From Hyphomonadaceae bacterium (GTDB taxonomy: Bacteria; Pseudomonadota; Alphaproteobacteria; Caulobacterales; Hyphomonadaceae), in assembly GCA_036733305.1 (NCBI GenBank), contig DAINAT010000006.1, forward strand, positions 412-64,411: a stretch of DNA of 64,000 bases. Direction: 5' to 3'. Position numbers and translations under genes: made by a program. Shown here one piece after another: positions 29,816 to 41,595 of this stretch (the first letter of the stretch is position 1; the number at the start of each line of letters is the position of its first letter). Below the pieces are notes generated by a model, which worked only from the letters and a program-made list of their open reading frames with translations, was not told the DNA's origin and ran no database searches.

Positions 29816-32689
29816 ATGAGACGGTTCGTGAAGCGTGTTGCCGGGTGGGTCGCTGCCGGGGTCGTGATGGCTGCGGCTGGTGGAGCGCTTGTTGCGAACG
29901 CGCAGACACACACCATCCAGGCCAACAAGCCGGCGGTCGAGGTTGTGTCGCAATGGGCGCGCGACCGTGGCGACCTGCCGCATGACCCTGACTACGTCCT
30001 CGGCACGCTGCCGAACGGCATGCGCTATCTGGTGCTGCGCAACTGGACGCCGCCGAGGCAGGTGGCGATCCGCATGATGATCGACGCCGGATCGATGCAG
30101 GAGCGTCCGGGCGAAGAGGGCGTGGCGCACTTTCTTGAACACCTCGCTTTCCGTGGCACCGAGAAATATCCGGACGGCAAGCTGAACAGCGTGCTTGAAG
30201 GCCTTGGCCTGCAGATGGGCGATGACGTCAACGCGTCGACCGGCCCGGACCGCACGACCTTCCAGTTCGACCTTGCCCGCAACGATGCCGAGTCCATCTC
30301 GACGGGCCTGTCGATCACGCGTGAGATCGTGAGCGCGATGCGCATTGCGCCGGAGATGGTCAATGCTGAGCGCGGCGTTGTGCTGTCGGAGGAGCGGGCG
30401 CGGGCTGGTCCGATGCTGGAGGCTTCGAAGGCGATGCTGAAGCTACAGCTGGGCGACCACCCGTATGGCCGGCCGCCGATCGGCCTGCGCAGTGTCATCG
30501 AGACGGTGACGCCGGAAACGATCCACGGGTTCTACGACGCATACTATCGCCCGGAACGCGCGATCCTGCTCGTCGTGGGCGATGTGAATGTGCAGACGCT
30601 GATCCCGCAGATCGAGGCGCAGTTCGGCGACTGGAAAGGTCGCGGCAAGGCCGGGACTGATCCGAAGCCGGTGACGGTGAAGCCGCCGTCTCCGGATGTG
30701 TCGATGCTGGTGACGGCGGGTGCGCCGGATACGGCGATCACGCTGCGCTGGTTCGAGCCCTATAAAGAGCGCGAGCCGACCAAGGCGGAAGTGCGCCGCA
30801 ACCTGATCATCCAGATCGGCGCCGGCATCGTTGCGCGCCGGATGCAGGGGTTGAGCGAAGCTGCGGGACGGCCTGCCGGACTGATCGGTAGCCCCAGTCC
30901 GGCGCAGATTCCGCATGTCTGGAGCGGCGAGATGGCGACATCCTCGCGCGTGACGGACGTGGCCAAGACGATCGAAGTGATGGTGAAGGCGCATCGCCAG
31001 GCGCTGGAATACGGCGTGACGCAGGAAGAGCTGGATCGCCAGATGCAGCTGCGTCTCGACGCCACGAAGCGCGAGGCCGAACGCGGGAGGACGGGCACGT
31101 CTGTGTCGCAGATCGAGACCGCGCTCGACCTGATCGACGCGGATATCCCGTTCATCTCGCTGCAGCAGCAGTATCAGCTTCTTCTCGAGCAGGCGCCGAC
31201 GATCACGCTGGCGGAAGTGAATGCGGCGCTGAAGGCCCGCTTCAACGATACGCCGATGTTGACCTATCGCGGCGCTGCGCCCCCTCCGGGCGGCGAGCAG
31301 GGGCTGCGTGACGCGTTCAAGGCTGCGATGGCTGCGCCCATCACGGCCTACAAGCCGGATGCTGTGAAGCCGTGGCCCTACACCGATTTCGGCAAGCCGG
31401 GCGTGGTCGCTACTCGCGAGCTGGTGTCGGACCTCAACGTCACGAAGGTGGTCTACGAGAATGGCGTCAAGCTGACGATCAAGCCGCTGCCGACCAACAA
31501 GGACCTGATCTCCGTGCGCGTGCGCATGGGTTGGGGCCGTCTGCAGATGCCGATCAATGTGATCGATGCTTCGGATATGGGTCTGTCGCTGTGGTCGTCG
31601 GGTGGTCTCAACAAGCTGACCGTGACGGAGCAGTCGCGTACCCTTGCGGGCAAGCGTGCGGCTGCCGTGGCGCGGACGCTGGATGACGCCTATTCGCTGG
31701 ATAACCTCAACGTGGCGACACGCGAGGACTTCCCGCTGCAGATGCAGTTGATGGCTGCGATGATCACGGACTCGGCCTATCGCGCCGATGACTGGGCGTC
31801 GTGGATGGCGGCGGCGGATGCGTCGGATGCTTCGCTGAAGCTGACGCCGAGCGGCGTGCTGGAGCGTGAGCTGGACCAGCTGCTGCACTCGGGCGACCTG
31901 CGCTGGACGATCAACACCAAGGCGCAGCGTGACAGCTGGAAGCCGGAAGACTCGGTCAAGTACATCAAGCCGATCGTCGACAACTCGCCGATCGAGGTGA
32001 TCGTGATCGGCGATGTTGGCGTGGAGACGGTGATCCAGGAAGTCGGCAAGACGTTGGGCGCCCTGCCTGCGCGCAAGCCAATACCGGAGCCGAAGGGTCT
32101 TCGCGACGTGAAATTCCCGAAGGCAGGAACGGTGGTGATGCCGCACAAAGGTCGTCCCGATCAGGCTTATGCGATGATCGCCTGGCCGACCTATGCCGGC
32201 GCGTTCAAGAACATCCGTGAAGAGCGGATCGGCATGGTGCTGGCCCAGATGCTGCGCGACAATGCTACGCGTCTGTTCCGTTCCGAGGGTGGGGCGACCT
32301 ACTCGCCGATGGAGACGGTCGATTTCTCCAGCTTCCTGCCGGACTACGGTTTCATCGGTGTTGCGCTTGAAGTCGCGCCGAACACGATCGACGACGTGCA
32401 GGCGAAGATCCAGGCGATTGCTACGGATCTGGCGACCAAGCCGGTGCCGGAGTCGGAGATCCAGCGCATCACCGCGCCGAAGATCGAGCAGTATCGCCGC
32501 GCCTTTACCAGCAGCGTCGGCTACTGGATGGAGCTTCTGGGCAATGCGCACGAGAACGGGCTGGGGCTGCAATATATCCGCAGCGAAGGCTCGGATTATG
32601 CCGGCATTACTCCCGCCGAGATTCAGGCAGCCGCGAAGAAGTGGCTCAAACCTGAGACGGCGTGGAAGCTGAAAGTGGTTCCGGAATAA
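29816..32689 (+). CDS. secreted double-length M16 (pitrilysin/insulinase) zinc peptidase
   Basis: Inverted zinc motif HFLEH in GVAHFLEHLAFRGT. About 957 aa, equal to two M16+M16_C units. Signal peptide from the ATG at 29816 with GGAGG 5 nt upstream. The track start at 29609 was rejected. Confidence 0.9.
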   Translation: MRRFVKRVAGWVAAGVVMAAAGGALVANAQTHTIQANKPAVEVVSQWARDRGDLPHDPDYVLGTLPNGMRYLVLRNWTPPRQVAIRMMIDAGSMQERPGEEGVAHFLEHLAFRGTEKYPDGKLNSVLEGLGLQMGDDVNASTGPDRTTFQFDLARNDAESISTGLSITREIVSAMRIAPEMVNAERGVVLSEERARAGPMLEASKAMLKLQLGDHPYGRPPIGLRSVIETVTPETIHGFYDAYYRPERAILLVVGDVNVQTLIPQIEAQFGDWKGRGKAGTDPKPVTVKPPSPDVSMLVTAGAPDTAITLRWFEPYKEREPTKAEVRRNLIIQIGAGIVARRMQGLSEAAGRPAGLIGSPSPAQIPHVWSGEMATSSRVTDVAKTIEVMVKAHRQALEYGVTQEELDRQMQLRLDATKREAERGRTGTSVSQIETALDLIDADIPFISLQQQYQLLLEQAPTITLAEVNAALKARFNDTPMLTYRGAAPPPGGEQGLRDAFKAAMAAPITAYKPDAVKPWPYTDFGKPGVVATRELVSDLNVTKVVYENGVKLTIKPLPTNKDLISVRVRMGWGRLQMPINVIDASDMGLSLWSSGGLNKLTVTEQSRTLAGKRAAAVARTLDDAYSLDNLNVATREDFPLQMQLMAAMITDSAYRADDWASWMAAADASDASLKLTPSGVLERELDQLLHSGDLRWTINTKAQRDSWKPEDSVKYIKPIVDNSPIEVIVIGDVGVETVIQEVGKTLGALPARKPIPEPKGLRDVKFPKAGTVVMPHKGRPDQAYAMIAWPTYAGAFKNIREERIGMVLAQMLRDNATRLFRSEGGATYSPMETVDFSSFLPDYGFIGVALEVAPNTIDDVQAKIQAIATDLATKPVPESEIQRITAPKIEQYRRAFTSSVGYWMELLGNAHENGLGLQYIRSEGSDYAGITPAEIQAAAKKWLKPETAWKLKVVPE

Positions 32690-33347
32690 GCTCGGCCCAG
32701 ACGACGTAACGCATCGGGCCGGGCGTCTTCGCGTCCAGCGGCCAGCAGGTGACGAGCGCGATGCGGGGCGCGCCGCCATCCTGCGTGTGGATGCCGGATG
32801 CGTCCCAACGGACGACCTGCGAGCCCGTGACGCGGAAACGGCGTGAGCCATCCTGCAGCTGGACGTCTATCTCATCGCCGGGCTTCACGTCTTTCAGGAA
32901 GGCGAAGTGCGTGTCGCGGTGGGCGGCGAAGACGGCGACGCCGCTTGCGCCGGGTTTCACCGAAGCGGCCATCAGGGTTGGGCCGAAGGCGAGGCTTTCG
33001 CCGGATGCGTCGGTGACGGCGAGGACGCTGCGGTTCTGGGTTGGAAAGTTGAGCCGGGCGGCGGGGGCGAAGTCGGCCCACGGCCAGGGGCGGGCGAGGT
33101 CGCCGGTCTTGAGCTGCTGGGCCCAGGCGTTGGACATCAGCACCTGAGCGACCTGCGCCTTGGCGGGAATGTAGAGCGCTTGAGCCGCGATGAGCGTTCC
33201 TGCGATCAGGAGTGCGATGGCGGTGAGGGTGCGAGGCGAGGCGTGTCGTGATGGCTTGAGTTGGTGCACGGCTTTGGACGCGGGCTGCGGCGTATCTCTC
33301 GCGATTGCGAGGAAGGCGCCTGTACGCATGAACCAGTCACTCATCAC
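32646..33347 (-). CDS. Gram-negative (class 6/GN, marine proteobacterial type) sortase
   Basis: N-terminal TM segment, catalytic His in FAAHRDTHF, Cys in ALVTCWP and Arg in RYVVWAE. Lies adjacent to an LPQTAS-bearing target gene. Confidence 0.85.
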   Translation of the reverse strand: MMSDWFMRTGAFLAIARDTPQPASKAVHQLKPSRHASPRTLTAIALLIAGTLIAAQALYIPAKAQVAQVLMSNAWAQQLKTGDLARPWPWADFAPAARLNFPTQNRSVLAVTDASGESLAFGPTLMAASVKPGASGVAVFAAHRDTHFAFLKDVKPGDEIDVQLQDGSRRFRVTGSQVVRWDASGIHTQDGGAPRIALVTCWPLDAKTPGPMRYVVWAELIPEPLSASTPSQV

Positions 33348-33441
33348 GACACTCCCTTAAACTTGAGCCCGCCCTCCCGGAGGCGGAGGCAAACAGGAGG
33401 ACGGGCCGCCGGTCAGCTCGCGCTGCGGGCGGACGTTGAAC

Positions 33442-35709
33442 TCATCGACCCGACACTGGCGTTGAAGCCTGTCCCCGGAGGCCGATGGCCGAACGTCCGC
33501 GCCGCAACAGCGCAGCGCCGAACACGAAGAGCGAAAGACCGAAGGCGAGCATCAACTCCCAGCCCGAGGCCGTCTGCGGCAGGGCGAGGTCCTGTTCCGC
33601 TTTCGGTTTGTCCTGCGTGGCGCGGGCGTTGATCTTCTGCATCACGCCATCAGGAAGCTGGTCGAAGCGCAGGGCGCGCGTTTCGGCGGCGGGTCCGAAG
33701 ACCGCGCCGAAGTCCCAGCCCTTGGGCAGCATGCTGGCGATCTGGCGCGTATTGAGCTTTTCGCCGGCCGGGCGCGCCGGCGTCTTGTCGACGGCGACCA
33801 GACTGGTGAGGCGCGAGACGAGGTGGAAATCGAGCGCGGTCTTGAGGACGCCCGCATCGACCTGTTCCATCGTGATGCCGGAATAGCGGCTCTCCTCGAA
33901 GTTCGCGATCTTGGCGCGCGCCCAGAGCTGGGCGACGCCCGTGGTTTGCCCGGCGGCGGAGACGGGCAGCGTCATGCTCCACGTTTTGCCGTTGAGCTTG
34001 CCGGAGAAGGTGAGATCGCCGGTGACGTCCTTGGCGCGCATCACCATGGTGACGGGCTCGCCTGAGTAGAGGTCTGGCAGGGGCGCGGGATAGGCGTCGG
34101 CAGCGCCAGCGGGGAGTTTCACCTCAAGGTCGGTCATCACCGGGTTTTCGAGCGCGGCGAAGAGTTTCGCGGATTGCTCGGCGACCTTGGAGACATCGTC
34201 CATGAAGGTGAACGTGCCGCGGCCCTGACGGGCGGCGTTCGACATGAAATAGGCGTTGGGCGCCGAGCCGATGCCGACTGTGAACAGGCGCGAGCGGCCG
34301 AGGCCATCATGGATGGCGGCGAACAGCTCGTCCTCGTTGCCGATGGCGCCGTCGGTGATGAACACCACCTGGCGGACTTCCTCGGTGTTCTTGCGGTCGT
34401 TGTCGATCAGGGCTGCGCGCAGGGCGGGCAGCATTTCCGTGCCGCCGTTTGCTTCGAGGTTCGAGACGAAGCGGCGGGCGCGGGCGAGGTTCTGTTCGCT
34501 CGCGGGCACAGCGGTCTGGAAGACCAGCTCCATCGTGTCGTCGAAGCGAATGATGTTGAACTCATCCGTCGGCGCGAGGCGATCGAGGGCCAGCAGCAAG
34601 CCCTGCTTGGCCTGCGTCATCGACTCGCCGGACATGGAGCCGGAGTTGTCGATCACGAAGATGGTCTCGCGGTCGCGGCGCTGGGCCGTGGTCCTGATCG
34701 CGGGCGGGTTCACGACAGCGAGCAGGTAGTCCTCGCCATTGCGGGTTTCGCGGAACAGGCTCGCTGTGGGGGCGGTTGCGGGCTCGGGTTTCCACGACAG
34801 AATGAAGTCGCGGTCAGCGGGGACTTCGCCATCCTTCAGGTGGATGTGCGCGCTATCATCGCCGGACTTGGTGACGACAAGGCCGTGACTCTGCGAGGAG
34901 ATGTCGGCCAGGGGCACGCCAGCTTCGAGCGAGATGTCGAAATTGACGGGCAGGCGCAGGCCTTCAGGGCCTCCCGGCTCGTGCGCGGGATGCAGGACCG
35001 GCGGGGTGATGCGGTCGCGATCCGGCACGGGATCGGTGACGGAGAGCGTGCGGCCATTGCGGTCAGCCGTGAGCGCGAAGTTCGGTTTGGGATTGTAGCG
35101 CGGGCCGATGACCAGCGGGAAGCGGGTCGACCACACGCCATTGTCGAGCAGGGCCTTGTCCTGGAACTCGATCTGGATCGCGACTGTCTCGCCCGGGCCG
35201 ATATTGGCCAGCGAGGTGGTGAACAGGTTGGGGCGTTCTTCTTCTACGAGACCGGCGCGCTGGCCGTTGGCGGCGGCCTGCTCGTAGATGATGCGGGCTT
35301 CCTTGCGCTCGTGGATGTCGCCTTCGATGAAGCGATCGCCGATGATGACTTTCAGCGTGTCGACTGCGGCGCCTTCCGGCAGCGGGAAGGCGTAGACACC
35401 TTCGACCCATTGCTGGGTCGGGTTGGTGAAGCGTTGCGTCAGCTTGGTGCGGATGATCGGGCCGGCGATATCCATCTTTACATCGGCGGCGACCAGCGGG
35501 GCTTCGACATAGCGGCCGGGCACGGACGATTGGAGGAGGAGCGAGCCCGAGGAAACCTCGGACTTGGCCACGGTCCCGTCCCTGGTTGATTCAGGACGCG
35601 TTTGCTGCGCGTAGGCGGCGGGCACGAGGCAGGTAGCAGCGAGCAGCGCGCCTGCAAGAGCCGGGTGCGTGCGCAGTCCATATGTTGTTGAGGTTTTCAT
35701 CTGTTCCAT
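33442..35709 (-). CDS. sortase target protein with VIT and vWA domains, C-terminal LPQTAS sorting signal
   Basis: Signal peptide. vWA MIDAS motif DNSGSMSG. C-terminus LALPQTASGWELMLAFGLSLFVFGAALLRRGRS, which is a sorting motif, a TM segment and a basic tail. Start taken at the ATG at 35709; 35700 is also possible. Confidence 0.88.
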   Translation of the reverse strand: MEQMKTSTTYGLRTHPALAGALLAATCLVPAAYAQQTRPESTRDGTVAKSEVSSGSLLLQSSVPGRYVEAPLVAADVKMDIAGPIIRTKLTQRFTNPTQQWVEGVYAFPLPEGAAVDTLKVIIGDRFIEGDIHERKEARIIYEQAAANGQRAGLVEEERPNLFTTSLANIGPGETVAIQIEFQDKALLDNGVWSTRFPLVIGPRYNPKPNFALTADRNGRTLSVTDPVPDRDRITPPVLHPAHEPGGPEGLRLPVNFDISLEAGVPLADISSQSHGLVVTKSGDDSAHIHLKDGEVPADRDFILSWKPEPATAPTASLFRETRNGEDYLLAVVNPPAIRTTAQRRDRETIFVIDNSGSMSGESMTQAKQGLLLALDRLAPTDEFNIIRFDDTMELVFQTAVPASEQNLARARRFVSNLEANGGTEMLPALRAALIDNDRKNTEEVRQVVFITDGAIGNEDELFAAIHDGLGRSRLFTVGIGSAPNAYFMSNAARQGRGTFTFMDDVSKVAEQSAKLFAALENPVMTDLEVKLPAGAADAYPAPLPDLYSGEPVTMVMRAKDVTGDLTFSGKLNGKTWSMTLPVSAAGQTTGVAQLWARAKIANFEESRYSGITMEQVDAGVLKTALDFHLVSRLTSLVAVDKTPARPAGEKLNTRQIASMLPKGWDFGAVFGPAAETRALRFDQLPDGVMQKINARATQDKPKAEQDLALPQTASGWELMLAFGLSLFVFGAALLRRGRSAIGLRGQASTPVSGR

Positions 35710-35900
35710 CGGGGGGTCCCAGCCCCTTAGATGCAGACAAGACAATGTGACCGCGTTCGCCTGTTGATCGCGGCATGACGTTGTGGCGGCGACTGCGGCG
35801 GAGCGAAGACGATTGTGGCGGCGTCGTACCAAGCGTTAAGTGGAAGATAGCTTCGCAGGTGTGCTAGCTAACGACCAAGCAATCCTGGTGCGGGAAACGC

Positions 35901-38201
35901 ATGCGTTCCGCGACACGACACGGGAGACATGACTTGAAGAGACTTCTTGCTGGCATCGCGATGGCGGCTTTTGCGCTTGGCGTGGCTGGGTGCGCTGCAA
36001 CCACTGAGCAGGCGAGTGAGTCGGCTGCGGCTCAACCGGCGCAGCGGCAGTCGGCGCAGGTTGCGCAGGCGCCTCAGCCTGCTTCGCCGCCGCCGCATAT
36101 GCCGAAGGATCTTGCGCCGGACACCGTCAAGGCGGCGGACGAGTTCCTGTGGCTGGAAGATGTGAACGGCAAGAAGTCGCTCGACTGGGTGAAGGAGCAG
36201 AACGCCAGGACGGAAGCCGTGCTGAAAGGCGATCCGCGCTATGAGACGTTCCGCAAGCAAGCCCAGGAAATCCTGACGGCGCAGGACCGCACGCCGCGGC
36301 CGACCTTCCGGGACGATGGCATCGACAATTTCTGGCAGGACGCGAAGCAGGTGCGCGGCGTCTGGCGGCATGCGTCGCTGGAGAGCTACCGGAGCGACAA
36401 GCCGAAGTGGCAGACCGTGCTGGATATCGATGCGCTGGCGAAGCGGGAGAGGGCGAACTGGATCTACAAGGGCGTGGATTGCCTGCCGCCGGAAGAGACG
36501 CGCTGCCTCGTCAGCCTGTCGGATGGCGGCAAGGATGCGGTGGTCGTCCGCGAGTTCAACACGGTGGAGAAGAAGTTCGTCACGAACGGGTTCAGCCTGC
36601 CTGAAGGCAAGCACCGCATTTCGTGGATGGATAACGACACAATTCTGGTCGCAACCGATTTCGGACCCGGCTCGCTGACGGAGAGTGGGTATCCGTTCAT
36701 CGTGAAGGCGCTGAACCGGGGGCAGAAGCTCTCCAACGCCGTCGAAGTGTTCCGCGGCTCGGCGCGGGATGGCGGTTATGGCGTCAGCGCTGACGTTATG
36801 CGTTCGGGATCTGGGCAGGTGGTGGCGACGATCATCTCGCGGCCGCTCGATACCTACCGGCAGGAAACCTACGAACTGGTAGGTACGAAGCCGGTGCGGC
36901 TCGACCTGCCGCCGCTTGTGACTGTGCGGGGCGTGCTGTCGAGCGGGCAGCCGCGTCTGGTGTTTTCGATCGAGGAGGCGTGGCGGTTCAACAATGCGAC
37001 GGCCCCGTCCGGCGCGCTGATGGCTGTGCCGATGGGGATGCTGCGCCCGCCGCCGCCGGGCGTGGGCGCTGTGCTGACCACCAAGGACATTTCGATCTTC
37101 GAGCCGACTGCGCGCCAATCGGTGGATGAAGTCATGGTGTTCGACGATCGGGTCGTGGCGGCGCTCTATGACAATGTGCGCGGCCGGGTGTCGGTATTCA
37201 CGGACAAGGGCGAGTTCGGCGGCTGGAGCGAAACGGCGCTGCCGGCGCCGGAGAATTCCGCTGTGCATCTGGGTTCGTCGAGCCGCGAGAGCCGGCGGTT
37301 GTTCTATTCCTACGAGGGCTTCCTGACGCCTTCCATGCTGAGCCTTGCGAATGTTGATGCGTTCAAGGCGGAGGTCGTGAAGGAATCGCCTGCGAAGTTC
37401 GATGGATCGAAAGACGCGGTCGAGCAGTTCGAGGCGACATCGCGCGACGGCGTGAAGGTGCCGTATTTTGTGGTGCGTCCGAAGGACAAGCCGCTGGATG
37501 GCTCCACTCCAACCGTGATGTTCGGCTATGGCGGCTTCCAGGTGTCTTACCCGCCGGTCTACAAGCCGGAGCTTGGCAAGCTGTGGCTGGAGAAGGGCGG
37601 GGCTTATGTCGTCGCCAACATCCGCGGCGGCGGCGAGTTCGGTCCGGCCTGGCATCAGGCGGCGCTGAAGGGCAATCGGCAGAAGGCGTTTGATGACTTC
37701 GCCGCGGTGGCGGCGGATCTGGCGGTGCGGAAGATCACGTCGGCCAAGCATCTTGCGATCTATGGCCGATCGAATGGCGGCGTGCTGACGTCGGTGACGT
37801 TGACGCAGAGGCCCGACCTGATCGGCGGCGCGGTGATCGAAAGCCCGCTGGTCGACATGCTGCGCTATCAGGAGTTGCCGCCGGGAGCGTCGTGGATGGG
37901 CGAGTATGGCGATCCGCGTATTCCGGCGGAGGCCAAGTGGATCGCGGCGTATTCGGGCTATCAGAACCTGCGCGAGGGCGCGAAGTATCCCGAGGTCTAC
38001 ATCACCACGAACACGCATGATGACCGTGTGCATCCGGGCCACGCACGCAAGTTCGCGGCGCGGCTGCAGGCGATGGGGTATCCGGCGCTGTACTTCGAGG
38101 AGACCAATGGCGGTCACTCGAATGATTCAGATCCGCTGCTCAACTCTGCACGTTGGGCGCGGCACTACATCTATCTCGCGCGTCAGCTCGGGCTCGAATA
38201 G
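35901..38201 (+). CDS. S9-family prolyl oligopeptidase-like serine peptidase (lipoprotein)
   Basis: Lipobox LGVAGC. Beta-propeller N-terminal half. C-terminal hydrolase with GRSNGG nucleophile elbow, and the catalytic Asp/His region HDDRV and GGHS. Confidence 0.88.
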   Translation: MRSATRHGRHDLKRLLAGIAMAAFALGVAGCAATTEQASESAAAQPAQRQSAQVAQAPQPASPPPHMPKDLAPDTVKAADEFLWLEDVNGKKSLDWVKEQNARTEAVLKGDPRYETFRKQAQEILTAQDRTPRPTFRDDGIDNFWQDAKQVRGVWRHASLESYRSDKPKWQTVLDIDALAKRERANWIYKGVDCLPPEETRCLVSLSDGGKDAVVVREFNTVEKKFVTNGFSLPEGKHRISWMDNDTILVATDFGPGSLTESGYPFIVKALNRGQKLSNAVEVFRGSARDGGYGVSADVMRSGSGQVVATIISRPLDTYRQETYELVGTKPVRLDLPPLVTVRGVLSSGQPRLVFSIEEAWRFNNATAPSGALMAVPMGMLRPPPPGVGAVLTTKDISIFEPTARQSVDEVMVFDDRVVAALYDNVRGRVSVFTDKGEFGGWSETALPAPENSAVHLGSSSRESRRLFYSYEGFLTPSMLSLANVDAFKAEVVKESPAKFDGSKDAVEQFEATSRDGVKVPYFVVRPKDKPLDGSTPTVMFGYGGFQVSYPPVYKPELGKLWLEKGGAYVVANIRGGGEFGPAWHQAALKGNRQKAFDDFAAVAADLAVRKITSAKHLAIYGRSNGGVLTSVTLTQRPDLIGGAVIESPLVDMLRYQELPPGASWMGEYGDPRIPAEAKWIAAYSGYQNLREGAKYPEVYITTNTHDDRVHPGHARKFAARLQAMGYPALYFEETNGGHSNDSDPLLNSARWARHYIYLARQLGLE

Positions 38202-38225
38202 CGGCGATAGTTGAGACTCAAACGC

Positions 38226-38266
38226 AAAACGGCCCGGCGAGCTGATTGCGCGCCGGGCCGTTTCTG
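38226..38266. terminator. bidirectional rho-independent terminator
   Basis: 11-bp stem ACGGCCCGGCG (38229-38239) pairing with CGCCGGGCCGT (38251-38261). A-run before it and TTTCTGTT after it. Lies between convergent genes. Confidence 0.85.
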
Positions 38267-38283
38267 TTGGTCGGTCTCGCAGC

Positions 38284-39519
38284 CTACTTGTTGAGCTTCG
38301 AGATCAGAATCCAGTTCTGGGCAAGAGCGCCAGCGCCGTTATCGGCTTTGACGGTCGCCCAGGTCGCTTGGGCGGCCGCCTTGTCGCCGCCACGGTACTC
38401 GGAGATGCCGAGGTGCAGGCGAGCAATGTCGGCTTCGGCCGCATTGGCGATGCCTTTGTCGAGACCGGTTTTGATCAGCTCGATGGCTTTGGGGTAGTCG
38501 CTGTGCGTCATCATTGCTTCGCCGATGTTGGCGAGCGCGATGCCGTTGCCTTTCTTGAGGGCGTCGGCGGCTTCCTTGTCGAGGTTGGCCTTGTCGGTTC
38601 CGATCTGGGCCTTGGCTTTTTTCAGGTTGTCCTGATCGTCCGGGTTCGAGCCGAGTTCGCCAGCAGCGATCGCCGGTTCGAGCAGGGCGAGCGCTTCAGC
38701 CGGAAGGCCGCGTTTCATGGCTTCGTCGACTGCGCGGCGCTTTTCATCGGCAGTCAGCGGAACGCCAGCGGCTTGCATGGCGCGGAACAGGTCGAGGCGA
38801 ACCGGGCCGCCATAGTTCGGCGAGTCCTGGACGCGGAAGCCGATCAGCTCTTTCCAGTAGTCGACCTTCGGATGGACGAGAACAAGTTCTTCTTCCACGG
38901 CGTAGTATTTCGCCATGTCGTTCTGGTCTTTGTAGACGCGCATCTGCAGCAGGTAGGCTGTATCGGTCGGCGTCTGGCCGGCGGCGGTCGAGACTTCGAT
39001 GGCCTTCTTCGCGTCGGCGAGGGCGTTCGTGTAGTCCTTGGACTTCACGGCGTCGGCCGACAGAGCAATGTACTGCTCCTGGTTGCCGCCATAGGCGTTG
39101 AGGTAGGTGCGGAAGGCGGCGATCGACTTCGGCTGGTCACCAGCGTCGCCGTAGGCCTTGGCGAGAACGCCGCGATACTGCTTCGTTTCTTCCGGCGTGA
39201 TCAGGCCGCTTGCGAGGAGCGATTCCAGCGTGGCAGCGAGGCCAGCGTGATCCTTGGTCTCGGACTGCATGTAGACGCGGACCTTATCGATCGCGACTTT
39301 GTCCTGCGGGGTCTTCGCTTGCGAAGTGGCTGCATCGAGCTTGGTTTTTGCTGTCGCCCAGTCTTTGGCGACAGAAGCTTTCTGGGCGTCATTCAGCGGC
39401 CCTGCGACCGACTTGGTCAGTTGCGGCGGCTTCGGTTGAGCCAAGGCTGGCGTCGAAATCGCCAGGGTAGCCAGAACGCCGCTGGCGATGGCTGTCATCC
39501 CAAGCTTCAGGAATTGCAT
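38284..39519 (-). CDS. secreted TPR-like repeat protein
   Basis: ATG at 39519 with GGAGG 6 nt upstream. Signal peptide MQFLKLGMTAIASGVLATLAISTPALAQ. Helical repeat composition. The track ORF (to 40371) runs far upstream into the aatA antisense strand. Confidence 0.75.
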   Translation of the reverse strand: MQFLKLGMTAIASGVLATLAISTPALAQPKPPQLTKSVAGPLNDAQKASVAKDWATAKTKLDAATSQAKTPQDKVAIDKVRVYMQSETKDHAGLAATLESLLASGLITPEETKQYRGVLAKAYGDAGDQPKSIAAFRTYLNAYGGNQEQYIALSADAVKSKDYTNALADAKKAIEVSTAAGQTPTDTAYLLQMRVYKDQNDMAKYYAVEEELVLVHPKVDYWKELIGFRVQDSPNYGGPVRLDLFRAMQAAGVPLTADEKRRAVDEAMKRGLPAEALALLEPAIAAGELGSNPDDQDNLKKAKAQIGTDKANLDKEAADALKKGNGIALANIGEAMMTHSDYPKAIELIKTGLDKGIANAAEADIARLHLGISEYRGGDKAAAQATWATVKADNGAGALAQNWILISKLNK

Positions 39520-39585
39520 TGAGGTCCTCCGTTTTCCTGTCGATACATATGAAGATGGGGCAGAACACAACGGCTCCCACTGTAA

Positions 39586-40950
<1,365 letters not shown>

Positions 40951-40957
40951 TATTGTT

Positions 40958-40975
40958 CCTCCACCATGGTGGAGG
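40958..40975. repeat. 18-bp perfect palindrome CCTCCACCATGGTGGAGG just after the aatA stop
   Basis: Read directly from the sequence. It may serve as the aatA terminator stem, and its right arm GGAGG doubles as the SD for the next ORF. Confidence 0.7.
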
Positions 40976-40980
40976 GCCGA

Positions 40981-41505
40981 ATGAATCGAGCAAAGAAGGT
41001 AGTAACAGTCACCGGCGAAGCGGCCCGGAGGCTTACGGGGATCAGCACTCCCTTTGGTGGAGTGCAATGGGCTGACCCAGGGCCATCCGACACGGAGATC
41101 GTTCGAAAACTTCTCATTTTTCTGGAAGATCGGCGAGTTTTGTTTGTCGCGGAGAACTTGGAGATTCCGTCGGAGGTTCATTATTCCGCGAACCTCATCC
41201 GCGGTGAATGCACCAAGTCACTGCAGGAAATGGGATCTCGGGCTTTTGGCTGTGGGCCGATCAGACTCATCCGCGAGGCGTGCTCACAGTTCCAAACTAT
41301 GGAGCGCGAGCATTTTCGATTTGCTGAAAACGCTTATGAAAACCGCTTTAGCCCCGGTTTCTTTGTCGCGTTAGGATCTCTGAGAAGCACTGTCTGTTTT
41401 CAGGTCGCGGTGCTTGCCGCTTATTATGACTTGGAAGTTCACGGTGAGTTGGCTGCGAACTTGCCGACTGTGGACCGCACTTGGGAAGATCCGGGCGATG
41501 TCTGA
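40981..41505 (+). CDS. orphan hypothetical protein in low-GC islet
   Basis: 174 aa from the ATG at 40981 (GGAGG 5 nt upstream). Soluble, no recognisable domain. G+C is about 53% by hand count over 360 nt. Confidence 0.6.
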   Translation: MNRAKKVVTVTGEAARRLTGISTPFGGVQWADPGPSDTEIVRKLLIFLEDRRVLFVAENLEIPSEVHYSANLIRGECTKSLQEMGSRAFGCGPIRLIREACSQFQTMEREHFRFAENAYENRFSPGFFVALGSLRSTVCFQVAVLAAYYDLEVHGELAANLPTVDRTWEDPGDV

Positions 41506-41595
41506 AAATGCAGCTTGCGGCGCTAAAGCTGCTTGATGGAAGTCACAGCTTGATTCATTCCTGATGGCGCTGGAGTTGTTGGGAACCTAACCGTA

